Of a stretch of 64,000 nucleotides of DNA, positions 52,336 to 64,000 are shown piece after piece (position 1 is the first letter of the stretch; each line of letters opens with the position of its first letter). Source of the DNA: Camelus dromedarius (Eukaryota). The notes below the pieces were generated by a model. That model was not told the DNA's origin, did no database searches, and worked only from the letters and a program-made list of their open reading frames with translations. Both the position numbers and the translations under genes were made by a program. The DNA lies in contig NC_087437.1 of assembly GCF_036321535.1 (NCBI RefSeq), positions 55,244,001 to 55,308,000 of the forward strand, written 5' to 3'.

Positions 52336-52789
52336 GATTCCAGGCTTCCGAGCTTCTGGGGGAAAGAGTGGATTCCAAAGCTGTATTCCAGAAGCGCCCC
52401 GTCTAACTGGGGCTCTACTTTTCTTTGCATTTGGAATGAGCCCAAAGAAAAGGTCATTTTTGCAGACATCTTGAGGTTGTGCTCCAATGTCCTCATTAAA
52501 TAACAGGAGGCCAGACTGCCAGGCCCAGGGGAATATTCAATCAAGGAGAAAAAGGCCAAGTCATTACCGGAACCCTATCATCAGGGCTGTAAACACAAGC
52601 GTTTGGTCCCAGGCTTTAGCTGAAAGTCTGTGCAATTGTGCTCACGCTCTCCTTACACAGGTTCTGCTTGTCAAATGTGTGTGACCGTTCAGATGTCACC
52701 AGAGGCGGAGAGGGAGAAAGAGAAAGAAAGAAAATTGCAAGCATAAATAGACTCTGAACATAGAAAGATCAAAATAGACAGCCTCTGGC

Positions 52790-52960
52790 TTTGCTGAATG
52801 AGTCACTGCTGCAGCCCAGACCGCAAAAACAAGCGTGGCTGCTCCACGAAGCAGCCGTCTTCCTGTCTGGAGAGGAAGCGCTGCCCTGATTGGAGGCTTT
52901 GGCCATTTTACAGACTTCAAAGCACCCTAGGCAACTGAGCAGGCAAGAGGGGGAACAGGT
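52790..52960 (+). promoter_or_regulatory. Candidate enhancer or alternative promoter (AP-1, CCAAT, RFX half-site)
   Basis: TGAGTCA 52799-52805; CTGATTGG 52886-52893; ccctaggcaac 52925-52935; donor-like CAG|gtaaaa after 52958; non-repeat sequence. Confidence 0.35.
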
Positions 52961-53695
52961 AAAACAGCTTCTCCAAGTGCTTGTCTGGAGAACCAGCTAC
53001 TCAACCCTCATTTGAAGCAGCATGGAAATGCTTTCATCTTCAGCCAACAGTGTTTTTTTGTTTTCTTGGTGTTTTTTTGTTTTCTTTGTATTTTTGATTT
53101 TTTTTTTTTTAAAGTATGGTGTTCTTCAGTTCTGGTGTAGTGTCTGTATCTTTCTTTCCTGAAATAATACGTCATTTTCCGGCTGAGACTTGGTTTTCAG
53201 GCACTAAGCTAAGTGCCATGGGGGATGGACACGAGGACCATCTAATGAGGAAGTGGGATGAGTATACATCCCATAATATGATATTATGAAAGAAAATGTG
53301 TGCTGAAAAAAGGAAAAACATGAGACTATGAGGGTACAGAGGAAACAGAGGTGGACCTTGGTGAATGGTCTACCAGGGTGAGAGATGAGTGTGAAAAAAG
53401 ACCCGCGTGTACTCAGGATTCAGCAGTGAGTCCAGGTTTAGCTTGGCATGTGGTGTACTCAGGGGGGTTTAAGAAATAAAGGTTGAAAGGCAGAGTAGAG
53501 CCAGATCCAAAAGGAGTTTTAATGCCAAGATGCAGCTTTGGGTCTTGTCCCATATGCTGTGGAGATGGGGAGGGGGAGAAACAGTGATACTATGGGAAGA
53601 TAACAATGCCAACTCTGGGGGAAAAAAAAGATGAAAGAAAAGCAAGATCCAGGAAGATCAGTTAGGAGACACTTGCTTAAATAAACTTTGGCCCC

Positions 53696-54746
53696 TGTGG
53701 CATAATAAGAAATATACACTATTGGATTTTTGTCCCTGGTTCTTGGCATAGAGCTCCTAAAACCCTTGTAATTTCTTGAGTAATAGAAGTGATACGAGCA
53801 TCTTGACCTTCTGACACTCTGCTTCCTTGGAATCTCCTGGGTGATAGCAATGTTTCTTCTTTGTAATGAGTTAGACTGGTGAATGGGGGTTCCCAGAGAG
53901 CTTCAGGATGAGGGCTGGTTGCCAGGGAGATCAAGATTTGATTAGAGGGTTGGAACTTTCAGACCTATCTCCCAACCTCAGGAGAGGGAAGAGGGGCTGA
54001 AGCTTGAATAAGTTGGGAGTTCAAGATTTGCAGATACTGACTACTGTGTGTAGAAAAGATAAACAACAAGTTTCTACTGTAAGCACAGGTACCTATATTC
54101 AATATCTTGTAACCTATAATGAAAAAGAATATGAAAAGGAATATACATATGTATATGCATGACTCAACTCTTACGCTGTATACCAGAAATTGACACAACA
54201 TTGTAAACTGACTATGCTTCAGTTAAAAAAAAAAACAAAAACCAATGGCCATTGATTTAATCAACCATGCTAATATAAGGAAATCTCTGTAAAAGCCCCT
54301 AAACAATAGGGTTTGGTGAGCTTCCAGGCTAATGGACACATCGAGCTCCTGGGAGGGTGGCACAGCCACAGGCATAAAAGTCCCATACTCCTCCCCCCAT
54401 AAGTTATCCTATGCATCTCTTCCATCTGGTTTTTCCTGACCTGTATCCTTTATAATAAATCCATGATAGTCAGTAGTGTTTTCCGGTGTCCTGTGAGTTA
54501 TTGTGACAAATTATCAAATGTGAGGAGAAGGCTGTGGGCACCCCGTGAATTTCTAACAGTTTGATCAGAAGTATACGTGGTAAGACTGGCATCTGAAGTG
54601 GGGACAGTCTTGTGGAAATGAGCTCCTAAACTGTGGGGTCTGCCCTAACTCTGAGTTGTGACTGTTAGATAGCTGGAGAATTGGTTGGTGTGTGAAACCC
54701 TCCCACATATATTTGGTATCAGAGTGTTGTGAGTAAAAATAGCTCA
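53696..54746 (+). mobile_element. MER21-like ERV solo LTR
   Basis: tgtggcataataagaaatat..gagctcctaaaacccttg..gattagagggttggaactttcag..tgtatcctttataataaa; TG..CA ends. Confidence 0.85.
54006..54240 (+). mobile_element. Young L1 3' tail nested in the MER21 LTR
   Basis: gggagttcaagatttgcagatact..gctgtataccagaaattgacacaacattgtaaactgacta plus poly-A; the LTR resumes at accaatggcc. Confidence 0.9.
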
Positions 54747-55329
54747 TTGCTCCCTACCTAGAACATTCCCTCTGGGGTTAGAGAGGAGAGGATCTGCAAG
54801 AGAGGGTGAAGTTCGTATGTCTGAAGTTCTAATCTAGTCAGTGAGGAGATCAATATAAAAATGCTCACCATCATAGAATGTGTTAGTGTATGTTGAAATC
54901 ATTGAGCTGAGGGGTCAGGGTGACTCAATTGTGGCCAATGCAGTTTGACACAAATAAAGGAAGATCGCTCACTTTGTAGAAATGTGGGGCAGAGTTTGAG
55001 CTGGTCACTCTTACTTGAGCAGCCTTGCTTTGCTGAGAGGTGTTCTGAATACTATATGTTGGCTACTCAGCCATTTTTCTTCCCCAAGCCTGTAATTTCT
55101 TTCCAGCCATGGTCCGAGCCTTTTTGGTCTCTGGAAGCCAGTGATGCTTGGAATGAAGTGCATGTATCTGTCTGCTGACACTGCTCTGCTTACCTGTCTG
55201 ACCTTGGGTAAATCACCTCCCCTCCTTGGGACTTGGTTTCCTATCTGTAAAACAAGTCTGTTCCATGATTCAGTGTCCAGGGTGCCTTGAAGCCAACAGC
55301 TTAAGATGCATATTCAGAATAGGTCATCT

Positions 55330-55560
55330 TCATAGTTAATGTTATCTCTCCCCAAACAAACTCATCTCATTGAACCCTCCTGGCAACTTTGGGAATAAGA
55401 AGTGCAGGTATCATTATTTTAATGGATTTCACAGATGTATGAATAGAGGCATAGTGACACATGGAAAGTAGGTAATTTTCTGAAGGACACGAAGTGATTT
55501 AATGACATAAAATACAGTCAGGACTGGGACCACAGCTACCTGCCTTTCAGCCCGGTGCTG
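55330..55560 (-). mobile_element. MIR SINE
   Basis: catctcattgaaccctcctggcaactttggg..tttcacagatgtatgaatagaggcatag. Confidence 0.6.
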
Positions 55561-56519
55561 TCTCAGCTCTCCCAGGCTGCACAGACGCCTAGGAAGGGTC
55601 AATGAAGTGCACTGCGAGGAAAACACTGTTTCCACGATGCCTCTTGAAGATCCTGTATTTCCATTGTTCCTCCCAGTGAGGCTAGGACAGAAGAAATGGA
55701 GCCATTTTACAGAACCATTGCAAAGTTTTACTAGTGGAAGACATTTCTTTAAAAACCTCTTCCGTTCCCTGGGATGGTTGTGCAGGTGGCAAACTCCTCT
55801 GTGGTCATCACTCCCATGACAGCTGCAAGAACTCATGTGCTCGCACGGGATCAGCAGGCAGAGATCGGACTGTCTACGCTCCTCAGCGTGGGGCCCTCCG
55901 GCCATAGAATCATACTAGCTCTGGGCCAAAAGAGTCCTTGGAGTTCATCTGATCCAGTGCCCTGTCCAGTGCTTAATCTTTTCTATAATAGTTGGCCAGC
56001 ATCGTCTTGAACTACACCCTCACTTCTGGAACCTACCCCTGTACTGTCAGCTATCTGTTGATAATTTCACATGATTTGCCCAGAGTCAGCTCACATTCAA
56101 CATGACCGAAGCAAAACCTGTGTTATCTTCCTCACATAGGTCTCTTCTCAAACTGCATTGCTATCCATTCAGTCCAACAAGCTAAAACCTGGTCCTTTAA
56201 AATCCATTCCTCTTGGGCATTGCATCCTGATTATGTGTCTCTGAGTCTCTCACACGCATGCCCTTCTGTACTCATGTCCACTGCCCTCCTTCAGGTCTTC
56301 CACCATATTTCCTTGGACCGTCTATGTAACCTCCTAACTTATTTCTTGGAGACTTTGATAGGCAAACATGTATTTAAAATTTCTAAATGGGAATATAGGA
56401 TGCATCTCCCAAATGTATTGGCCATAGAACATTTTTTTCCCAGAGCATCTTCTGGAAAATGCTATTTTAGCCTTTCCAGATGAATCGAACCTCCCCCCCT
56501 CCATTGTCACATTTGTCCA

Positions 56520-56870
56520 CCCCTCTTTGTCACTGCACTTGTTATTTCCTCTGCTTAGAATGCCCTTCTCCCTGACTCTTGCCATCTGGGGAAATCCTAC
56601 GCATGTTTCACGGCCCAGTTCAAACATCTCCTACTCTGTAAAGCCTTCTTTGATCCTACGTCCCAGCATAACCTCTGAGCAATCAGAGAGCTGTGTACTT
56701 GTGTCAATTATAATGTTTAAATTATATTCTAGTTGTGGCTGTTTGAGTCTATCTCCTAACACATTCTAAGCTCCTTAAGGGTTGGGAACTACACTTGACT
56801 TGTTTCTCTGTCACAAGTCTGAAATAGTTCTGTTTTCTTTCACTTCCTTAACATTGACTGAGTAACTTAT
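56520..56870 (+). mobile_element. L2 3' fragment
   Basis: cctctgcttagaatgcccttctcc..cccagttcaaacatctcctactctgtaaagccttc..taagctccttaaggg. Confidence 0.75.
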
Positions 56871-57219
56871 GCTGGATGCTTGATGAATTTCACGCAATAC
56901 ACAAGCTTACAATTTTTGCACCCTGGTCTCCAGCCTCTTGACCCCGCCCCCTGCCACTATTACCTGATCTAGATGGCAACGAGTCGGGGTTATGCTGGGA
57001 CATGGGGACATTGAGAAAGGCAGATGGGACAAGTATCTTGGCAATTACAATACAAGATCCATTTGGGAGAGGACTTCTAGGAAAGGAGAGCCATTCCTGG
57101 AGAGCAGATATTAGGGGAAATTCTGGAAGCTTCAGTATCTTACATTTTCTGAGCACCCTGCTCTGGGCAGGGCATTGCGCCAGAGCTGTGGGGAAACATG
57201 CATTCTCAAGGAGCTTCTA

Positions 57220-57450
57220 GTAAGTGGTTGGATTGGTAAAGACTCCTGGTTTCCATGAACAGAAACCCAACTCTGCTAGCTGGGCTACAAAGGGAAATTC
57301 ATTTCAAGGATGTGGGGGTGTCAGAATCCAAGGGCAAGGAAGTAGCTAGGCCTGGAACTGAGCTGGAAGCAGGGGATAGAGAGCCACAGGGAACCAAAGA
57401 AGTGGCTCTAGTTTTGCCCCTGTTCTCTCTGTGTGTCTGTTTTAATCTTT
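57220..57450 (-). mobile_element. MLT1 LTR fragment
   Basis: aagactcctggtttccatgaacagaaacccaactctgctagctggg..aaagggaaattcatt. Confidence 0.55.
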
Positions 57451-59499
57451 CTTACTGGAGAGCAGTGTTAATGCTTCCAGCTGTTTGTGACTCAGAAAGC
57501 TGTGTCAGAATGTGGCAAGCACTGAATATCACATCTAGCTGAGTTACCCTGGACACATCATCTTCTTAGTTCTCCCATCTATGAGATGAAAGATTCGACC
57601 AGCTCAAATGTCAGCTGGGATGGTCTATTTTGACGAGTTCTGCTTTAAGTCATTCTTCAGACTTGGTGGGATTAAAACTACATGTAAAACATACTAAGAA
57701 ATAATGACTCCTTGGGAAAATTTTTATCTGACTCTAGATTCCAACGACTTTGGCCAACCAATAAGATCTAGTTTGCTAGAACAACCGAGCATAAGATTTC
57801 ACTCTGATGCGTAACTCTTTCCTGCTTAGGAGCATCCCAGGTCTCTCTCACACACGCTGATTTCTCCTCTCCTCACCTCTGTTAAGATAGCAAGTACCTC
57901 TCTGTCCTGTCTCCCAGCTGCATTGCATCCCTGGGCCACTCCACGGATATTACGCATATTTGAAACACATTTGCCAAAGTATCTTTCAGTACCTTAAGAC
58001 AGCTAAGTAACTCTTGGTTTGGGGCCAGCCCTTGCGTTCCCCATCTGTGCGCTGATAACGCTTTCCTGTGTATACCACCGCACAACTTACAAAGTATTTC
58101 CATATAGATGACCTTATTGGGTCTCCGTGTCAGCCAGTCAGTCGCTGAACAGTCATTAGTTTTTTGAGGGCCTACAACATACTAAGCACTTGGTACATTC
58201 AATTTTGAGCAAAATAGACATGATCTCTGCCCTGATGGCACTTACAGTCTAAAGGGACAGAGTTCATAGTTTTATTCCTATTTTAGAGACAAGGAGACTA
58301 AGGGGAAGTGATGCGTCCAAGGTAGGTGGCATAGCTGGGACTCCCCTGGGCTGCCGGTCCCACCCCATGACTCTGATTTTACCATCTTTCTTCCTCACTG
58401 CCATTGGAAAATCCCTGAGCACTCTCTAAGAGTTAACAGAAAAAACAAAAAAACAGCTAATGCCGATGCAGATGGATGTGAGAGGGGCACACAGAAGAGC
58501 CCACAATAACAAACAGAAGACAGTAAGAAGATAGACCAGCATCTGATAATTCCAAAGCCGGGGGAGGGGAACAGATCTCAAATCAAAGCCAGGACTAGCA
58601 GCACCAGCCCCTGGAGCTCGGAAACAAGACCACGCATTCCCTCAGAGCTGGAGCCCAGCAGGTGTCCTTCAGTCGTACAAAGCAGTGTTTGATGTGAGCA
58701 TCGTGTCCTGCTGTGAACATGGCTCTATGTCAAGGCAGACTTGCTTGACAGACTGAGCTGGATTCAGATGTGAACAGGACACAGCTTTGCCTCGTGCCTT
58801 TAGAAGGATGATCAATAGGGGTCTCGGTGGGGTGGCAAAGGGGGACGGGATGAGCTAGGAGAGGGAGGAGGCCTCCATCCCCAGGGGCATCCTTTATATG
58901 CACAACACATTCTGTGGGCTTTTTTCAGGCCAGGACCCTCCCTGTCCTCACATCTCTGTAGGTATCAGGGCAGACCTTGGTTGGTGGATGCATAGAAAAG
59001 AAGATACAGTCTTTCTTTCCCTGAGCTGTAGTGAGAGACCCTGCAAAGGTAAATGGGCATTTACATTTGCCTCTGTGCCCCTCCATCTTAAAGCGGGAGA
59101 AATAGCCCCCGGGCACCTCATCCTGCTGAGAATGCATAGAGGAAAACAGAAGCAAAAGAAGAGAAATGCTGTCTCAGACATCATTAAGGGTTTGAATGAG
59201 ACAGTTTCTCTGCCTTAGGTGGAGGGAAATGTATGTTAACCATAATTCTGCTACAATCCGATCAGGGGCATGTACAAATTTTGAGAAAACTCAAAAAAGA
59301 AAGTCATCAACTCCATCTGAGGGGCTTCCTCAGAGCTGAGCCCTGGAAGAGGAAGTTTGCTCAGGAGAAAAGTATAGTTGGGGTCGAGGTGGGGTCAGGG
59401 AAGCAGGGGAAAAAGTCACCATGGAAGCAAAGGCTTGGAGATGTGAACGTGCCTGGTGTCTTCAGGGAGGGATGGATGAGATACTCACTGTGTTTCTGG

Positions 59500-59677
59500 T
59501 CGAAACACACTTTATGTAGTGAGAAATTCAGTATCTTGTAATAAACTTTAATGAAAAAGAATATCAAAACAAATATATGTGTGTATATGCATGACTGGGA
59601 CATTGTTCTGTACGCCAGAGATTGACACGTTGTAACTGACTGTACTTCAATTAAAAAAAGATAAAATTAAAAAAATA
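59500..59677 (+). mobile_element. Young L1 3' tail
   Basis: tcagtatcttgtaataaactttaatgaaaaagaatat..tgtacgccagagattgacacgttgtaactgactgtacttcaatt plus A tail. Confidence 0.88.
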
Positions 59678-59689
59678 GATGATTGCTTA

Positions 59690-60080
59690 GGTTTTAAGGT
59701 AGGCTAGCTACTTTAACAACAGACGAGTTTACCTCAGTGGGTTAAAGAGTAGACTTTGCATTTCTCATTCAGTTCAGAGCACAGTGCAGTGCAGGCTGGC
59801 AGGGGGTTACACTCCTCACAGCCACTCGGGGCCCAGGTTCCCTCCATCTGTGGCTCTGCCCTCCTGTGGGTCCTTGAGTCTCTGACACTCCACTAGCGGA
59901 TGGAGGGAGAGCAGGAGGCTGGATTGTGCATGTGCAGGAAACTTACAGGTTAAGACCAGGAAGGTGTGTATTTCACACCTGCTCACCTTCCTGTGGCCAG
60001 AACCTAGCCACACTTGGCTGCAATGGGGTTCTGGGAATCAGCGGCTAAGGGGAGAACAGGTACTGATCAGCAGAACCACC
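59690..60080 (-). mobile_element. MLT1J-like solo LTR
   Basis: cactcggggcccaggttccctccatctgtggctctgccc..ctgctcaccttcctgtggccagaacctag..ctgcaatggggttctgggaa. Confidence 0.8.
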
Positions 60081-60389
60081 TCTCCCACAGCTGGGAGTCT
60101 GGAGAACAGGAGGGTAGAGAGAATAAAGGCATTCTGCATCCTTGATGGGATTTGATGGAAGCCTTCTAACTTCCCTATGGGAAAGGCATGTGATAAAGGA
60201 GTCAGGGCAGCCTCTAGCTGAGAGGTGCCCTGTAGCCACACTCCTCAGAGAAGATGAGTGATTCTAACTGAAAAGCCCTTGTACCTAGACAAAAAGTTCT
60301 GCTCCAGCCATGAGATAATGGACAAGAAATCATTCAGCGCAGCTCTTAAAATGGGAAAAGAAACCCAGCCAAGTATACGGCTTATAACC

Positions 60390-60600
60390 CCAACATTTAT
60401 AGAGCACCATGTGTTTACTGTATGCTCATACACCAGTTCTCAGCTGATCTGCACAATATCCTTGGGAAGAGAAACTGCTTGAGTATTATCATCCCCATTT
60501 TAATGCTCAGAGAGGTTAAGTGACTTATCTGGGGTTGCACAGCAAAAAAGAGACAGACCTGCAACTGAAACCCATTTTGTGTTCTTTCCACAATTCCACA
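60390..60600 (-). mobile_element. MIR SINE
   Basis: acatttatagagcac..tattatcatccccatttt..ctcagagaggttaagtgactt. Confidence 0.8.
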
Positions 60601-61569
60601 GATCCACCTGGGGATGGCGGAGATGCTGACCACAATTTGGGAAGCTGACCCAGATCCAGTCCTGAATGTGAAGCCAGGATCCTGGGGAAATTCTCCTCAA
60701 TCACCTGGCCTTCTGTCGGCCTGACTTTTGGAATCCGTGAACTAACTGCTCATTCAGAGAGCATGTGCATGTTAGCTGTCAAACAGCGCATGCAGCCCCT
60801 GACAGCCCTAATATCACTGTTTGTATTATCAGACAATTACCAGCTGAGCTCGTATTCATAATTTGACTAACAACTCGCGACAATGATTATTTTTCCTTTC
60901 CTGGCAAAACAAATATAGCAGCATTTTCTTTTCAGCATCAGCGCTGATGCTCCTTGGCATTCTATCAGCTGAAGGACTTTTTTTTTGGAAAAAAAAAAAT
61001 GTTAGTCGTACTCCCCCACATCTCGCTAACTTTACAGTCCCCCATGGCATCTGTGTGCAGTGAACTGAGCTGTTGAGACTAAATGTAATTTGCAATCAAG
61101 CTTCTGTTAACATGGAAATGTACCGGCTGGTCTGCTGCAATATGGGTTCTCATTCTGTCTAGCATATGGTTGCATTAAATCCAGTCTCCAGAATGTCTCT
61201 TGTTACCACATTGTCAATCCGTGCAGAGCAGAGAACCCTAAAAAACCACTAAAGGAACATATTTTTGGAATTGGCTCTTCTATTGGATCTTGACAAGAGC
61301 TGTCCAAAGACATACTTGGTTACTTGAAATGAACCAGCCCTGTCAGATCTATGCGCGCGCACACACACACAGACACACAGGAAACTTGAAACCCGGTTAG
61401 ATGCTCTGTACTCACAAGCATAGGAATTACACTGGAGGACAAAGGAAGAGAGAGGGCCAAGGACTCATCTCCATTAGTTACATTTGAGCCCTGTTTATTG
61501 ATTTTTTTTTCCTTAATCTCTCCATATTCATAAAGTTCCAGAATTTCCGATTGGCAAGGGACTTTAGCA

Positions 61570-61770
61570 GTCTTTGGAGCTAAGAGCCCCGATATGAATT
61601 CAGATGAACCTGGGCTTGAATCTGGAAGCCATCCCTGGCTTGGTGGCCTTGGGCACATTCTGAAGCTTCATGTGCCTCAGTTTCTCCATGGGTGAGATGG
61701 AGGGTAATAAGAGCACCCCCACAACTCTGTGGAAGACCAAATGCCTAAGTGCACACCTGAGTCAGTCAGT
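61570..61770 (+). mobile_element. MIR SINE
   Basis: gaacctgggcttgaatctgg..ggccttgggcac..tgtgcctcagtttctccatgggtgagatggagggtaataa. Confidence 0.8.
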
Positions 61771-62559
61771 GACGCCCGTGAGTGCCCGCTGCCTCTGTCC
61801 TACCCCCCGATTCCCAGCTCGATGCTTAGGTGTCTCCTCCCACATCACCCGCCATTGTTCTCTTGTTCTGGTCCTGTGCCCTCTAGTGTCCAGGATGTCA
61901 GTCCCTCCCAAGGCAGCCCATTCTCTTCTGTACAACCTGTGAAACAGTTTTGCCTCATATTAAACACAATCTTTGATTGATCCTTTTTTCTGGGACAAAC
62001 AACAAAAGTGGGGTTGGGTGGTAGCCCTTTGCTATTTGGAGAGGCTGTCAGACACCCTGCAAACACTCTCCGCTCTCCTTCAGCCCATCTTTTTCCTTCA
62101 GCTTCTTGGTCTGGTGCAGCACTGAGTCTCCTGACAAGCCTGGCCCGTCTCCTCGGCTATGTCTGCGCTACACTGAGCACGGTGTTTGGAGAAGACTTGT
62201 TATCAGCTGGGTCCTACCTGGCGGTGAGTGACAATCTGCCAGCTTACACCGAGCCTTACAAAATAGGCCTCTCCTTGGGAAATTCACGATGAGCAATGTT
62301 CAGTAAGTCCCGTGATGCTGTAAATTCAGTGGAGGAGGGGCACCTCATGGCTACAGTCTCTGCAGCATCCTCGGGAGAAAAGTAATTTTTTTCAAGGAAG
62401 TCGATGCCCTCGTTGTGCATCTATTCTGTAAATCTGAAGTTTTACAGGTTTCACTGGATGTGTTCCAAGCAGGATCAGAGGCACAGAGAGTATAATATTC
62501 TTTCAGTATTTGAAGAGTATTTTGGAGGATCAGAACAGAATGGGAAAAGAGATTCTACT

Positions 62560-62670
62560 CATTCATTCATCCTCTTAAAAATTGTTTGGGTGCCAGACAC
62601 AGTGCTAGGCACCAGGGATGCAGTGGTATATGACCCATTCCTGCCACAAGGAAGCTGGCAGACAGATTGA
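62560..62670 (-). mobile_element. L2 3' fragment
   Basis: cattcattcat..gtgccagacacagtgctaggcaccaggga. Confidence 0.7.
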
Positions 62671-63325
62671 GCCAGTTAAGGTGTGGGGTGATAAGTTCTA
62701 CAATAGTGCTGAGTGTGGGATGCGCTGGGGCCACCTCACCCAGTTCTGAGTAGCTCACAAATCCAGAGATGGGGATAAATATGCAAGGAAGTCATTGCAC
62801 TGCTGTGGAGTAAGGGTTACATTCAAAGATTTTACAAAGTACCTGGAGCACTTTGCAGGGAGAAGTCCCTCGGCAAATAGTCACTGAAGGCCCGTGTGTG
62901 CTGGGTCTATGAAGAACAAAACATACAGCCCTTGAAAGTTATCAAAGATATAGTCTTGAGTATTTATAGGTGGACTTTAAAATGTCTACACACAATTTCT
63001 TACTTATTACTCACTTAAAAGCTGCTGTAAGTGTAATGAAGGAAGAAAACAGGAATCTAGCAGATGATAAGATGGGGCTGTGATTTAGATGCAGCGGGGC
63101 ATCAAGGAATGCTTCCCTGTGCTTTATTTAAGTGAACACCCGATAATAGTAAGAATGGGAGAGATCCAACAGTGCATGTGCGAAGACCTGGGGAAGGGAT
63201 GAGCTTGGAGAGCTTGAGGAATTGGGAAAAACACGTTGTCAGGAAGGAGCGATCAGGAAGGGAGCCCCACTAAGGATGATTCTTCAAGCCCAGAGGGAAA
63301 AACAGGTCATTTCAAGCAGAAGGGT

Positions 63326-63328
<3 letters not shown>

Positions 63329-63385
<57 letters not shown>
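63329..63385. repeat. (CA)n microsatellite, about 28 units
   Basis: Seen directly. Confidence 0.98.
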
Positions 63386-63387
<2 letters not shown>

Positions 63388-64000
63388 CATGGTGTCCTGA
63401 GAGGACACACCGGGTCTGAGAGAAGCTCCATCCACACCCCTTGACTAGTGCGTTGGCCAGAAGCTCGGGGAGTGGCCAGAAATGAAGAAGGAGGGATTGA
63501 TTATATAGAGAGATACCATAGAAGCACTGAGGATGTTCTAAATTGTCTTTTAATTTTTAAAAATCATATCTATTTCCTCAACTTGTTCAATAGCTTGTAT
63601 GAGGAAGGCAGAGGTATGCCTTTTACGTCTCTGTATCCTGCCCCCACCTCCATGCTTCGTGAATGTTGATTAAATTAAATTCCATCTCGTCTTTGCCATT
63701 TTGTTCCCAGCTTGGATCCATGATCTGGAGTGGCTTTCACTTTGCAGTTCTCTGTACCTCGCAGTGACATGGCAGTATTTGCGACCTGCTCCTGCTTTCT
63801 GATGGGTGGGAAGGTTTCATCCAAAGGTGTGAAGGATGACTCACCCCATGACGCAGGTTATCTGCAGCTGCCAGTTGGGCATCTCTTACTGAGATCACAG
63901 AAATCTGAGGTTAGACCGCTTCGCCCAGCACTCAGGCTCAGAGGAGAAACTCATTAACTCCATTTAATTAAGGAAACCAAACACTTCCAAACCTACTTTA

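Noticed and set aside
63222..63419. ORF with a His-Thr repeat
   Set aside because: Translation of the (CA)n microsatellite.
430..63957. The many 60-160 aa ORFs in the ORF track as genes
   Set aside because: Eukaryotic intronic or intergenic DNA. The ORFs overlap repeats or low-complexity tracts, often start at non-ATG codons and show no recognisable protein. The exceptions are the L1 ORF2 fragment and the ORFs overlapping exons 10734 and 22109.

Overview
Mammalian genomic DNA, almost certainly camelid (camel/llama/alpaca), judged from three tRNA-derived Vic-1-type SINEs. Much of the window is interspersed repeats: young and old L1, L2, MIR, MLT1/MER21 LTRs, hAT DNA transposons (Charlie1a-, MER5A1-, MER58A- and MER94-like) and a Mutator-like fossil. 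There are no bacterial-type genes, CRISPR arrays or true RNA genes, and nearly all ORF-track entries are spurious or repeat-derived. The only gene signal is a chain of four candidate + strand exons (8921-8967, 10734-10828, 14955-14979, 22109-22459). They have canonical splice sites and compatible phases, and about 41 kb of apparent intron follows. The gene cannot be identified with confidence; an upstream part of ANKFN1 is an unverified hypothesis from memory. The best sequence-supported oddities are a MULE/Mutator element with TIRs, a 9-bp TSD and a transposase remnant; a chimeric L1/unique-sequence retro-insertion; a composite L1 insertion bounded by an inverted 11-mer; and a 44-bp local templated duplication. 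I see no convincing new biological system. Repeat family names come from recalled consensus sequences, and repeat boundaries without a stated TSD are approximate.
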